Notes: a model not told the origin generated them from the letters alone. 64,000 bases of DNA from an uncultured Rivularia sp. (GCA_963665115.1 OY762007.1:3392001-3456000); one strand, 5' to 3'. Counted from the first letter of the stretch, positions 43,218 to 52,804 are shown. Numbers and translations are program-made.

Positions 43218-44228
43218 ATGGAAACTTTAGATTATCTCCTACCGCAGATATGGTTTGGCATATTAGCATTATTTCTGTTTCTTTATGTAATGCTTGACGG
43301 CTTTGATTTGGGAGTTGGTATTTTATCGCTGACTTCTTCAACAGAGGAGCGTCGCGGTATTTTAATGACTAGCTTAAGTAATATTTGGGATGCGAATGAA
43401 ACCTGGCTGGTTTTGATGTCAGGTAGTTTATTTGGTGCGTTCCCCTTAGCTTACGCCACAATTCTTAGCGCTCTTTATATCCCAATTTTCATTATGATTT
43501 TTGGGTTTATCTTTCGCGCTGTAGCTTTTGAATTCCGCGAAGAAGCAAGACGCAAATTCTTTTGGAATCTCTGTTTTGCAACGGGAAGTTTTATGGCAGC
43601 ATTAGGGCAAGGGTTTGCTTTAGGAGCAGTACTTTCAGGAATCAAAGTTGATGACAAAGGACATTTTATTGGTACGACTTGGGACTGGTTAAATGTCCCA
43701 TCGGTATTAGTAGCTTTAACTTTAATTCAAGGTTACGTCTTAATTGGTTCTACTTACTTAGTTTGGAAAACCGAAGGAGAATTGCAAGAAACTCACCGTA
43801 AAACAGCTAAAATAGCCGCTTTGACAACCTTAATTGGAGCAATTTTAATTACAGGTGTTACCCCTTTTATTTACGAAACTGCTCGACTTCGTTTACTTTC
43901 CAAACCCTTAGTTTATATTTTTGCCTTAATACCTTTAATAGGAATTTTCCTCATTTGGCAATTAATCAGAAGCTTGAATCAAAAAGCGGATAGAATGCCT
44001 TTTATTATCACAATACTGCTTTTTCTACTTACATTTATAGGACTAGCTTTAATCGTCTTCCCTTACATTATCCCTAGTAAGATTACCATTTATCAAGCCG
44101 CCGCCGATCCGAGTTCACTAGTAATTATGATTATATTTATCGGTGCTTTAATCCCCGTTATGTTGTTCTACAATCTTTATTCATATGTAGTTTTCCGGGG
44201 TAAAGTTACCGGGGGATATCATGGATAA
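43218..44228 (+). CDS. cydB: Cytochrome bd quinol oxidase subunit II
   Basis: LDGFDLGVG, WDANETWLV, RAVAFEFR. Confidence 0.97.
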   Translation: METLDYLLPQIWFGILALFLFLYVMLDGFDLGVGILSLTSSTEERRGILMTSLSNIWDANETWLVLMSGSLFGAFPLAYATILSALYIPIFIMIFGFIFRAVAFEFREEARRKFFWNLCFATGSFMAALGQGFALGAVLSGIKVDDKGHFIGTTWDWLNVPSVLVALTLIQGYVLIGSTYLVWKTEGELQETHRKTAKIAALTTLIGAILITGVTPFIYETARLRLLSKPLVYIFALIPLIGIFLIWQLIRSLNQKADRMPFIITILLFLLTFIGLALIVFPYIIPSKITIYQAAADPSSLVIMIIFIGALIPVMLFYNLYSYVVFRGKVTGGYHG

Positions 44229-44282
44229 TTTCAACTTTTTATTGTAGGGTATGTTTTCGCGACAGCGCAACGCACCATTAAA

Positions 44283-44306
44283 GTAGTGCGAGCATCTTGC
44301 TCGCTA
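44283..44306. repeat. REP-like GTAGTGsGAGCATCTTGCTCsC family (also 12113-12135, 33651-33670, 44571-44594 and inside the TA-MITEs)
   Basis: Repeated GTAG-headed palindrome with compensatory arm changes (GCGAGC/GCTCGC, GGGAGC/GCTCCC, GCGGGC/GCCCGC). Confidence 0.8.
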
Positions 44307-44334
44307 ATAATATAAATAATATAAATTTCCTTTC

Positions 44335-44483
44335 TAAGTAGGTAGGCTAGAATAAACAAAACTATGTAACAGAATGTAAAACTCTTGAAGTGCTTGTGAT
44401 GATCCACACCTTCGGTGAATGCTTCGTTTCACTCCGTTCCACTCGCAATGACATAGTTATAAATTTTCCCACCCACCTACTTA
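44335..44483. mobile_element. TA-flanked MITE (second family)
   Basis: TIRs TAAGTAGGTAGG...AACTATGT / ACATAGTT...CCCACCTACTTA. Confidence 0.7.
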
Positions 44484-44609
44484 ACTCCCAACTTTTATAA
44501 AGGAGAGGGGGAAGAGGGTGAAGAGGGGGAGATAAGGGGACAAGGAGAAAAATTTATAAATAAATAATTTGTAGTGGGAGCATCTTGCTCCCTAATTGTT
44601 TCCAATCAT

Positions 44610-44725
44610 CAATGCCCAATGCCCCATCCCCAATGCCCAATGCCCCATCCCCAATGCCCAATGCCCAATGCCCAATGCCCAATGCCCCATCCCCAATGCC
44701 CAATGCCCAATGCCCTATGCCCCAT
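44610..44725. repeat. STRR tract (CCCAATG/CCCCATC)n
   Basis: Tandem heptamers downstream of hisG. Confidence 0.9.
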
Positions 44726-44727
44726 CG

Positions 44728-45384
44728 TCAACCCCTAACCCCTAACTGCTCACTCTTAACTTGCCGCAACTTCCCAATCCAATCACTAATCCCATCCTTA
44801 TTGAGACGATAAGCTAAAGGATGAGCAATTAACATTGCGGTACTTTCATATAAAGTGGCAATTTCAACCAAACCATTTTCTTTTAAAGTTTTCCCTGTGG
44901 AAACTATATCAACAATCGCTTCCGACATTCCAGTGATTGGCCCCAACTCTACAGAACCAGATAGCGGTATGATTTCTACAGGAAAATCTAAACTTTGAAA
45001 ATAATCGCGAGCGCAATTTACGTATTTAGATGCAACTCTGCAATCAGCTGGTAAATCTAAAGGTGATTTATAGGCGCTCGAAGCTTTCACGGCTACAGAC
45101 ATCCGACAATAACCAAACCCTAAATCAACTAAGCGGGCAATTTGCGGCTTTTTCTCTTGCAGCACATCTTCACCAACAATACCCAACTGAGCCTGCCCGT
45201 ATTCCACATAAACGGGTACATCCTGCGCTCTTACCTTTAGCCCCCTAGCTTTTCCGCTAGCATCCAATATTTGCAACTGACGATTTTCTTCTGCTAAAAA
45301 AGCACTAAAATCCAAACCTACAGATTTTAGTAAGCGGATACTCTCTTTTAAAAGTCCACCTTTTGGTAGTGCAACGGTTAGCAT
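44728..45384 (-). CDS. hisG: ATP phosphoribosyltransferase (short form)
   Basis: [29 protein letters not shown]...[16 protein letters not shown]. Confidence 0.98.
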   Translation of the reverse strand: MLTVALPKGGLLKESIRLLKSVGLDFSAFLAEENRQLQILDASGKARGLKVRAQDVPVYVEYGQAQLGIVGEDVLQEKKPQIARLVDLGFGYCRMSVAVKASSAYKSPLDLPADCRVASKYVNCARDYFQSLDFPVEIIPLSGSVELGPITGMSEAIVDIVSTGKTLKENGLVEIATLYESTAMLIAHPLAYRLNKDGISDWIGKLRQVKSEQLGVRG

Positions 45385-45732
45385 GATTTTGGATTTTAGA
45401 TTTTAGATTTTGGATTGGAAAGTTAAGAGTGAGGAGTTAAGAGTGAGGAGTTAAGAGTTAGGAATTAAAATCTCTCCTTTTCGCCTTTTCTCCCCCTCTC
45501 CCCATCTCTATTTAACCTACCATTTATTTAGTATCAGATATATTTATTAATCCAAAATTTGTCTTGGAAAGTTTTGGGAAGAGAAGTTGCGTGCGGAGGT
45601 TCCCGCAGTACGAGCAAACTAAGCCGCACCTTACGGTGGGGAAGAAAATCTACACCGCAAACTTTCCGCAAAACAAACGTATCCGTTGTTAAAAACGTCT
45701 GTTGTTAAAATCCAAAATCCAAAATCAGAAAG

Positions 45733-46422
45733 ATGCGAATATTGATAGTTGACGACGAAACCGAACTCACCAACCCTTTGACTCGCTTATTAACTCGCGA
45801 AGGTTACAGCGTTGATGCAGCTTTTGATGGTACAACTGGCAGCGAACTTGTTAAAAAAGGTAATTACGATTTATTTATTTTAGACTGGATGCTTCCGGGA
45901 AAAACTGGTTTAGAAATTTGTCAGCAATTACGACAGCAAGGCATTACAACTCCTGTATTATTTCTAACTGCAAAAGATACTCTAGATGACCGAGTACAAG
46001 GTTTAGATGCAGGTGCTGATGATTACTTAGTAAAGCCTTTTGAATTGCGGGAATTACTAGCAAGAGTTAGGGCTTTATTGCGGCGTGCTGGTGTGGAAGA
46101 ATATGCCCATACAAATAAAAGAACTGTTGTAGAAGATTTAGAATTAGATTCTCAAAATCAAATCGCTTATCGTCAAGGAAGAATAATTGAATTATCAGAA
46201 AAAGAAAGCCAGTTGTTGAAATATCTAATGGAAAATCCTGGTACACTTCTAACTCATAAACAAATCATGGAAAATTTATGGGAAGAAGACGAACAACCCA
46301 GCAGTAATGTTATTGCTGCGCTAGTTCGTCTTCTAAGAAGAAAGATTGAAATGAAGGATGAAACGCAATTAATTCACAGCGTTTATGGAAAAGGTTATCG
46401 GTTTGGAGTTGGTGAAATGTGA
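45733..46422 (+). CDS. OmpR-family response regulator (RppA/NrsR-like), no adjacent kinase
   Basis: MRILIVDDE, ILDWMLPG, GADDYLVKPF, HSVYGKGYRF. Confidence 0.93.
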   Translation: MRILIVDDETELTNPLTRLLTREGYSVDAAFDGTTGSELVKKGNYDLFILDWMLPGKTGLEICQQLRQQGITTPVLFLTAKDTLDDRVQGLDAGADDYLVKPFELRELLARVRALLRRAGVEEYAHTNKRTVVEDLELDSQNQIAYRQGRIIELSEKESQLLKYLMENPGTLLTHKQIMENLWEEDEQPSSNVIAALVRLLRRKIEMKDETQLIHSVYGKGYRFGVGEM

Positions 46423-46425
46423 TTT

Positions 46426-47949
46426 TTAATTAACTTTCACAACCTCTTTAATAGAATCATTTTCTACAGATAAAGAATTATTCCCGCGTAACTGCTGCCG
46501 AATTTTTTGATAAGCAGATGGTTTTATTCTTTCCATCATTCCTTGGAGTGGTTTTGCACCTTCCCCAAAAATATTGAAACCCATATCTTCAATCAAATCT
46601 TCCAAATAATGAAAGCTAAAACGATTTACACAAGTACCGGGAGCAATCGCCGGTGCTAAAGTAGCTTTATCCCAACTCAAATGTTCTTCTATTTCGGCGT
46701 GCATTTGGGATGATGTAGGTAAATCTAAATTTCCTTTCGCATATTCTGCTAACCACCAAGCTCCAACTTCAGATGTAAGCTGACAAAAGAAACTAGAGCT
46801 ATATCCAACAAAACCCATATTTGGAACACCAGGATTAATTAAATTACGGTAAAGATGAAAACAGCCTTGCTCATCTTTAACTAAACGACGATATTTCTCT
46901 GATAAAAAAGGTATCTCTTGACGAAATCCGGTACCAAAAACTACTACATTAGCCTGCAATTTCTCTCCTGAATCAAGCTCTATACCATCAGAAACATATC
47001 TAGCAATACTCGCTTGTTTCGCTTTAATTTTCCCAGATTTTACCGATTCATAAAAATTATCTACGGCTAGATTTACATTACAACTAAGATTTACATTCAT
47101 TAAATCTGTAGGTAACATTTTGCAAGCATCAAGATTAAACTGCTTGCGTAAAATTAATTCATTTAGCCGCCAAAAACCCCATACCAAAGGTTTACCTACA
47201 GTATGAAGTATTTTCTCAACTCCTTTCCGTTTACGATAAGGCAGCCAAAGTTCTGAAAAACGTGTCATCAAAATATCTTCAAAATGGATTTTATTAAAGA
47301 AAAATTTGGGAATCTTCCAGAAAGCACGACGGAATAATAAAGTTGAATCTTTAGCGTTGTTTGCAGCAAATGTCGCAATGTCGCAAGCTGATTTACCAAA
47401 ACCCACAACTACTACTTGCTTATCTTTAATTAAAGCAGCATCATTACATTCACTTGAATGCAGCACTTTCCCTCCTGCTGCAATAAACTCTTCCTTACCA
47501 GGAAATGCGGGAATTTTCGGATTATAAAGTAAGCCGTTGCAAACTAAAACAAAATCAAATTCATGCTTTTCTTGTTTGCCGTCTTTTTTAAGACTAACTA
47601 CCCAAACTGCTTTTTCCCCTGTCTTCCTGGAAATATCGGTAACTTCTGTTTGAAAACTAATTCTTTCGCTAACTCCAAAATTATCTGCATAAGACTGCAA
47701 ATATCTGCGTACTTGCTCGCCGTTTGGCCATTCTGGATAATCTTCCGGCATTGGGTAATCAGTAAAGCAGTATGTATGGCGGCTATTTTGAGTTTTCACA
47801 TCTGGATAAGCTCTCGACTTTTCCCACACACCACCAAGGCTCGGTTTTTTCTCAAATACCGTAACCTCGAAACCATCTTCTAAGAAAGTCTTAGCCGCGA
47901 CTAAACCGCTGATACCAGCCCCAATTACGCAAACTTTTTTTATATTCAT
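46426..47949 (-). CDS. Flavin-containing monooxygenase
   Basis: GAGISG, F..GKVLHSSE, GFGKSACD, GTGF. Confidence 0.92.
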   Translation of the reverse strand: MNIKKVCVIGAGISGLVAAKTFLEDGFEVTVFEKKPSLGGVWEKSRAYPDVKTQNSRHTYCFTDYPMPEDYPEWPNGEQVRRYLQSYADNFGVSERISFQTEVTDISRKTGEKAVWVVSLKKDGKQEKHEFDFVLVCNGLLYNPKIPAFPGKEEFIAAGGKVLHSSECNDAALIKDKQVVVVGFGKSACDIATFAANNAKDSTLLFRRAFWKIPKFFFNKIHFEDILMTRFSELWLPYRKRKGVEKILHTVGKPLVWGFWRLNELILRKQFNLDACKMLPTDLMNVNLSCNVNLAVDNFYESVKSGKIKAKQASIARYVSDGIELDSGEKLQANVVVFGTGFRQEIPFLSEKYRRLVKDEQGCFHLYRNLINPGVPNMGFVGYSSSFFCQLTSEVGAWWLAEYAKGNLDLPTSSQMHAEIEEHLSWDKATLAPAIAPGTCVNRFSFHYLEDLIEDMGFNIFGEGAKPLQGMMERIKPSAYQKIRQQLRGNNSLSVENDSIKEVVKVN

Positions 47950-48188
47950 ATTTTTGATCTACGCAAAATTAGTATCTGTCTCACAAAAGTGAACTATGCG
48001 ACAGAGATAGTATTTTTACGTATATTACACTATACTTCATTATCCCTTGATATTTATCTAAGTGTATTTAATGAAGTTTTAGTGAACTATTTTTTGTTGA
48101 TTGTGTTTGGAGATAAGGCGATCGCACTTCTTGAAATAGCATTCAAAGCTGCTAGCAAGACACACAGAGACACGATAACCTTGCGTTT

Positions 48189-49205
48189 CTACAAAACCCG
48201 ATTAATCTCCTTCTGCATTTCTTCTCTCAACTGTTGGGCTTTTTGATAAAATTCTCTGCGATTATTACAATCATCAACCTCAACCAAAGGCTGAATAAAA
48301 TAATTTAATTTACTTCTCCCAGCCCAAACTCCCATACTGGGAAAAAGAGCAAACCAAGGAATTAATGGTGAAGCTGGTAAAAAAGGTAAACCAAATAATC
48401 TTTGCAGCCAGCTAATGTTTAAAGTATAAGGATGCAGCTTTTCGCTACCAATACAAATAACGGGTAAAATCGGAACTTGATATTTTTGACTTAACTGCAC
48501 AAAACTAATATCAAATTTTTGTAGCTGATAGCGTTTAAACCAACCTTTTCCAGGTCCCCTTAAACCTTCGGGAGCATATAATAAAGTCTTTTTTTGTTTA
48601 ACTGCGGTTTCAAAATCATCAGACTTTGCTTTGACACCACCTAAAACTTGCGACCATCCCGATGGTAGCCACCAATTTATCCAAGGATGTTCAAATAAGT
48701 CAACTCCAGCTAAAGGATATACTACCCATTCTTGCTGTTTGCTCAGTAAATATCCCAAAGTCAAAATGTCCCAAGGAAAACTCATTCCCGCATGATTCAT
48801 CGCTACAATCATTTGTCCATGCTGCGGCAAGTTTTCGATTTGTATCAAGGTACCACGATAATAATATTCAATAATTGGCTGTAAAATTTCTTCCCGAAAA
48901 GCAATTTGATAATTCGGATTAAATTCAGTTACTTGCTCGCGTGGAAAACGACAACCTAAGCGTAACCAACGAATTAACAACGCTAAATAAAATCCCAAGG
49001 GAATTAAGAATAAAATATATTCCAACCAGTTCCAACCATCTGGATCGTTATGATAATGTTGCCAGTGACGGTTAAATAAAATTAGCCAACCCGGAGGATA
49101 CCACAGGCAAAACCAATCAAACCAGCCAAACTTAAATCCCTCAACTAATTTTTCTTCGAGTTTAGAGTTTAAAAGGTTTTGTGAATGTTGCTGAATCACA
49201 GGCAA
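48189..49205 (-). CDS. Acyltransferase (PlsC/DGAT2-like)
   Basis: NHAGMSFPWD, YAPEG, ILPV. Confidence 0.85.
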   Translation of the reverse strand: MPVIQQHSQNLLNSKLEEKLVEGFKFGWFDWFCLWYPPGWLILFNRHWQHYHNDPDGWNWLEYILFLIPLGFYLALLIRWLRLGCRFPREQVTEFNPNYQIAFREEILQPIIEYYYRGTLIQIENLPQHGQMIVAMNHAGMSFPWDILTLGYLLSKQQEWVVYPLAGVDLFEHPWINWWLPSGWSQVLGGVKAKSDDFETAVKQKKTLLYAPEGLRGPGKGWFKRYQLQKFDISFVQLSQKYQVPILPVICIGSEKLHPYTLNISWLQRLFGLPFLPASPLIPWFALFPSMGVWAGRSKLNYFIQPLVEVDDCNNRREFYQKAQQLREEMQKEINRVL

Positions 49206-49355
49206 TGGTATATTTCTACAACTGGATTAATAAAATCCTAGCTGAATTGTATGGTAATTAACATCATGCTGCGGAGGTAAAATACGCGAATTCATACCAG
49301 AATTCCGCAACGTTCAATTTTTGGTAGATTAAAGGTGTAGAATTCTGTCTCAATT

Positions 49356-50246
49356 ATGTCGGATAAGCCTTTAGTTGTGACCGAAGAAGATGAAATAAAC
49401 CAACTTTTTCCGCGTGAGCCAATTCTCACGAGTCAAAATTCTGGGTGGGATGATATATTCTTCACGTATATGTGTCAGCCTGCATACGAAACCCCCGAAG
49501 TTTGTACTCCCCTCGCACACAGCATTACTATTTTTACTCATGGCAACTACGTTATTCACGCAGATAGATCGTTAGATGGGCATTTTCATCGCGACTCAGT
49601 AGTTGGTGGAGACATGGTAATTGCTCCTGTAAATATCGGTCAAAAAGTTGCTTGGGATAAAGAAGGAGATTTTATTGTCTTAGGTATTGAAACGAAAACT
49701 TTTGCCCGTGCTATTGACGAATCGAGACAATCAGAGCAAGTTCAATTAATACCACATTTCTCTACACCAGATCCGTTAGTTTTACAAATTGGACTTGCAA
49801 TCAAAAATGCTTTACAAAATAATCCATCGGGAAGCCGTTTGTATGCCGAGACAATGGTAAATGCTTTAAGCGTACATTTATTACAATATTATTCGGCGCG
49901 AAAACCGAAAATCAAAGAGTATACAAATGGTTTATCAAAACGTCAGTTAAATCGAGTTATTGAATATATCAGAAATAATTTAGATCGAGATTTAGGTTTA
50001 AATGAATTGGCAAATTTATTACATATGAGTTCGCATTATTTCTGTCATTTGTTTAAGCAGTCAATGAAAATGCCACCCCATCAATATGTAATTCAAACTC
50101 GCGTCAATCGTGCCAAGGAATTATTACTTACAAGAAAGTATAGTATTGCTCAAGTTGCTTTTATGGTTGGTTTTTCCAATCAAAGCCATTTAAATCGGCA
50201 TTTTAAAAAATTAATTGGTGTAACTCCGGGGAAAATCGGTAAATAA
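49356..50246 (+). CDS. AraC family transcriptional regulator
   Basis: C-terminal double HTH (GFSNQSHLNRHFKKLIGVTP). Confidence 0.96.
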   Translation: MSDKPLVVTEEDEINQLFPREPILTSQNSGWDDIFFTYMCQPAYETPEVCTPLAHSITIFTHGNYVIHADRSLDGHFHRDSVVGGDMVIAPVNIGQKVAWDKEGDFIVLGIETKTFARAIDESRQSEQVQLIPHFSTPDPLVLQIGLAIKNALQNNPSGSRLYAETMVNALSVHLLQYYSARKPKIKEYTNGLSKRQLNRVIEYIRNNLDRDLGLNELANLLHMSSHYFCHLFKQSMKMPPHQYVIQTRVNRAKELLLTRKYSIAQVAFMVGFSNQSHLNRHFKKLIGVTPGKIGK

Positions 50247-50351
50247 TAAATAAAAGGTTTGTAGTAAGGACTTCAGTCCTTTAATTAAGAGCTAAAGCCA
50301 CTTACCACTAACCTTTGATTAGTATTTGATTAGTATTAGTTGACATATTAT

Positions 50352-50460
50352 CTGGCGATTAAAAATCGCTACTACACAAACGAAGTCCACCTCCGTGGAC
50401 TTTATAAAACAACCCGCGCAGGCGGGTTTTGCCTGTGTAGCCGCGATTTTTAATCGCCAG
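50352..50460. mobile_element. Miniature inverted-repeat element
   Basis: TIRs CTGGCGATTAAAAATCGC / GCGATTTTTAATCGCCAG with inner hairpins. A partial relative lies at 40023-40060. Confidence 0.75.
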
Positions 50461-50599
50461 GTGAGAATCAAATTTAACTTTTAGCATCAATGTATAATCT
50501 ACCTATTTTCTCACATCCAAATTAGGATTGCTAAATAAATTGGTAGTAACGCCGTCTTCGCCTCTGAATTCCGAAATATGATGCGAAGACGACGCTACT

Positions 50600-50657
50600 A
50601 AGAACCTATGAAAAATACCCCAAAAACCTACAAAAAATCGGACGAATCTACAAGACA
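50600..50657 (+). promoter_or_regulatory. Three phased direct repeats upstream of ndhH (AraC-type site candidate)
   Basis: AACCTAT (50603), AACCTAC (50625), AATCTAC (50645); spacing 22 and 20 bp. Confidence 0.5.
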
Positions 50658-50719
50658 AAGAGAAGGGCGATCGCCATATTAGGAAGTAAAAGCAATTAAA
50701 TGTTAGATGGTATTTCCTA

Positions 50720-51904
50720 ATGAGCAGAATCGAAACCAAAACCGAACCGATGACGATTAATTTCGGTCCCCAACATCCTTCGATGCATGGATGTTTCCGA
50801 ATTATTGTCACTCTCGATGGCGAAGACGTGATTGATTGCGAACCCGTTTTAGGATATCTGCACCGGGGAATGGAAAAAATCGCCGAAAATCGCACCAATA
50901 TCATGTACGTTCCTTACGTCAGCCGTTGGGATTACTACGGTGGAATGTTTAATGAAGCAGTTACGGTTAATGCTGTGGAGAAATTAGCTGACGTGCAGAT
51001 TCCTAAAAGAGCCAGCTATATCCGAGTCATAATGCTGGAATTAGCGCGAATAGTCAATCATTTACTGTGGTTGGGACCTTATATCATGGATATGGGCGCA
51101 CAAACTCCGTTTTTCTACACGCTTCGAGATAGAGAATTGATTCTTGATTTATTTGAAGCTGCTACGGGATACCGGATGGTGAACAACAACTATTTTCGTA
51201 TTGGTGGTGTTGCTGTCGATTTACCTTATGGTTGGGTAATTAAGTGTAAGGAATTTTGCGATTATTTCTTACCAAAGATAGATGAATACGAAAGACTAAT
51301 TACTAACAATCCGATCTTTCGCCGTAGAGTCGAAGGAATAGGAGTTCTCAGTCGCGAAGAAGCAATTAATTGGGGTATTTCTGGCCCGATGTTGCGGGCT
51401 TCTGGAGTAAAGTGGGATTTACGTAAGGTTGATCGTTACGAATGCTATGACGATTTTGACTGGGAAATAAAGTGGGATAAAAGTGGCGATTGTTTGGCTC
51501 GTTATGTGGTTAGAGTTGGAGAAATGCGCGAGTCTGTAAGTATTATTAAACAAGCCATTGCAGGTTTACCCGGTGGTGCTTACGAAAACTTGGAAGCCAA
51601 ACGCATGGCAGAAGGTAAAAAGTCAGAATGGAACGATTTTGATTACCAATATATTGCTAAAAAAGTTGCACCTACATTCAAGATTCCCAAAGGCGAACAT
51701 TACGTCAGAGTCGAATCTGGTAGAGGAGAATTAGGAATTTATTTAGTTGGTGACGACAATATGTTTCCTTGGCGTTGGAAAATTCGTCCCGCAGATTTCA
51801 ATAATTTACAAGTTTTACCAGAATTAATTAAAGGTGTAAAAGTCGCGGATATTTTCGTAATTTTGGGAAGTATTGATGTGGTGATGGGTTCTGTAGATCG
51901 GTGA
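50720..51904 (+). CDS. ndhH: NAD(P)H-quinone oxidoreductase subunit H, divergent
   Basis: [26 protein letters not shown]-terminal [12 protein letters not shown]; 394 aa. Confidence 0.95.
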   Translation: MSRIETKTEPMTINFGPQHPSMHGCFRIIVTLDGEDVIDCEPVLGYLHRGMEKIAENRTNIMYVPYVSRWDYYGGMFNEAVTVNAVEKLADVQIPKRASYIRVIMLELARIVNHLLWLGPYIMDMGAQTPFFYTLRDRELILDLFEAATGYRMVNNNYFRIGGVAVDLPYGWVIKCKEFCDYFLPKIDEYERLITNNPIFRRRVEGIGVLSREEAINWGISGPMLRASGVKWDLRKVDRYECYDDFDWEIKWDKSGDCLARYVVRVGEMRESVSIIKQAIAGLPGGAYENLEAKRMAEGKKSEWNDFDYQYIAKKVAPTFKIPKGEHYVRVESGRGELGIYLVGDDNMFPWRWKIRPADFNNLQVLPELIKGVKVADIFVILGSIDVVMGSVDR

Positions 51905-52211
51905 TTGGGGATTGGGAATGGGGCATTGGGCATTGAATAACTGTTCACTGCTCACTGATTATTGCTTCTATATCGAAAGGATTATAAGGTCGAATTGCTT
52001 TCATCGTAGTTTAGGCTTGGGTTTGTAGGATTGTAGATAACTGCGATACCTTCGGTGAGCTTCGCTTAACGCCATTATCTCAAAATCTTTTCACTACTAA
52101 TAGGAATAATTGTACTACTTGAGCAGTTCTACCCAAAGTATTACCGACAACCTAACCTCAGAGCGACAAATATTAGAATTATTCTTGATATTGTTATAAA
52201 TGTAAGGAACA

Positions 52212-52422
52212 GAGCAACGCACTGGATGGGGGTTATGCCGCAGTGACCCATTATCGAATACCGAAGAAGAACGATTTGTCAGGTATTCGGACGGTGTGAA
52301 TAATTTAATAACCTTGGACGTTATAGAGTTTTTATCGTTTCCTCTGTTTCGTCGCCATCGAGGGGAGGCGCAACCCTCCGTCAGAGCGGTCTTAGATGGC
52401 GAACGTCCAACATGGTTTGCTC
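52212..52422 (+). ncRNA. Structured RNA candidate, copy 1 (211 nt)
   Basis: Closing stem GAGCAA/TTGCTC, seven internal helices and two loop-loop complementarities; 188 of 195 core nt identical to copy 2. Confidence 0.7.
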
Positions 52423-52510
52423 GTATTTCCAAATGCAATTATATCATTTGATCGACTTGCAACTCTTAATTGAGTTATGCTCCGGATTTAGATAATCCGA
52501 GGTTGGTTAA

Positions 52511-52721
52511 GGGCAACGCACTGGATGGGGGTTATGCCGCAGTGACCCATTATCAAATACCGTAGAAGAACGATTTGTCAGGTATTCGGACAGTGTAAAT
52601 AATTTAATTACCTTGGACGTTATGGAGTTTTTATCGTTTCCTCTGTTTCGTTGCCATCGAGGGGAGGCGCAACCCTCCGTCAGAGCGGTCTTAGATGGCG
52701 AACGTCCGATATAGGTTGCTC
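52511..52721 (+). ncRNA. Structured RNA candidate, copy 2 (211 nt)
   Basis: Closing stem GGGCAAC/GTTGCTC. Five substitutions relative to copy 1 interconvert Watson-Crick and G-U pairs on the + strand. Confidence 0.7.
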
Positions 52722-52761
52722 AAAAATTCACATAAATAATTACCACTTTTGCTGTTAACGT

Positions 52762-52801
52762 GCTTTGGATGATTTTATTATCCAAGGCGATTTTATTTTT
52801 T
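52762..52801 (+). terminator. Intrinsic terminator after the tandem RNA
   Basis: GCTTTGGATGA/TTATCCAAGGC 11-bp stem (G-U pairs valid on +), then GATTTTATTTTTT. Confidence 0.65.
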
Positions 52802-52804
52802 ATA

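Noticed and set aside
45563..45670. GC-richer intergenic segment between hisG and the response regulator as a riboswitch
   Set aside because: No recognisable aptamer consensus; it looks like a decayed dispersed repeat.
52115..52438. 107-aa minus-strand ORF across RNA copy 1, with a TGnTATAAT upstream
   Set aside because: Copy 2 has an in-frame TGA just upstream and no start codon, and no domain is recognisable. Four of seven changes are synonymous in this frame, so coding is unlikely but not formally excluded; antisense transcription remains possible.
52212..52721. Tandem element as CRISPR, retron ncRNA, omegaRNA/bridge RNA, hammerhead or fluoride riboswitch
   Set aside because: Units are too long for CRISPR. 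No RT, IscB/TnpB or IS110 gene is in the window. The minus-strand CTGACGGA is not the CUGANGA core, and the GGCGAUG arm of a fluoride riboswitch is missing.
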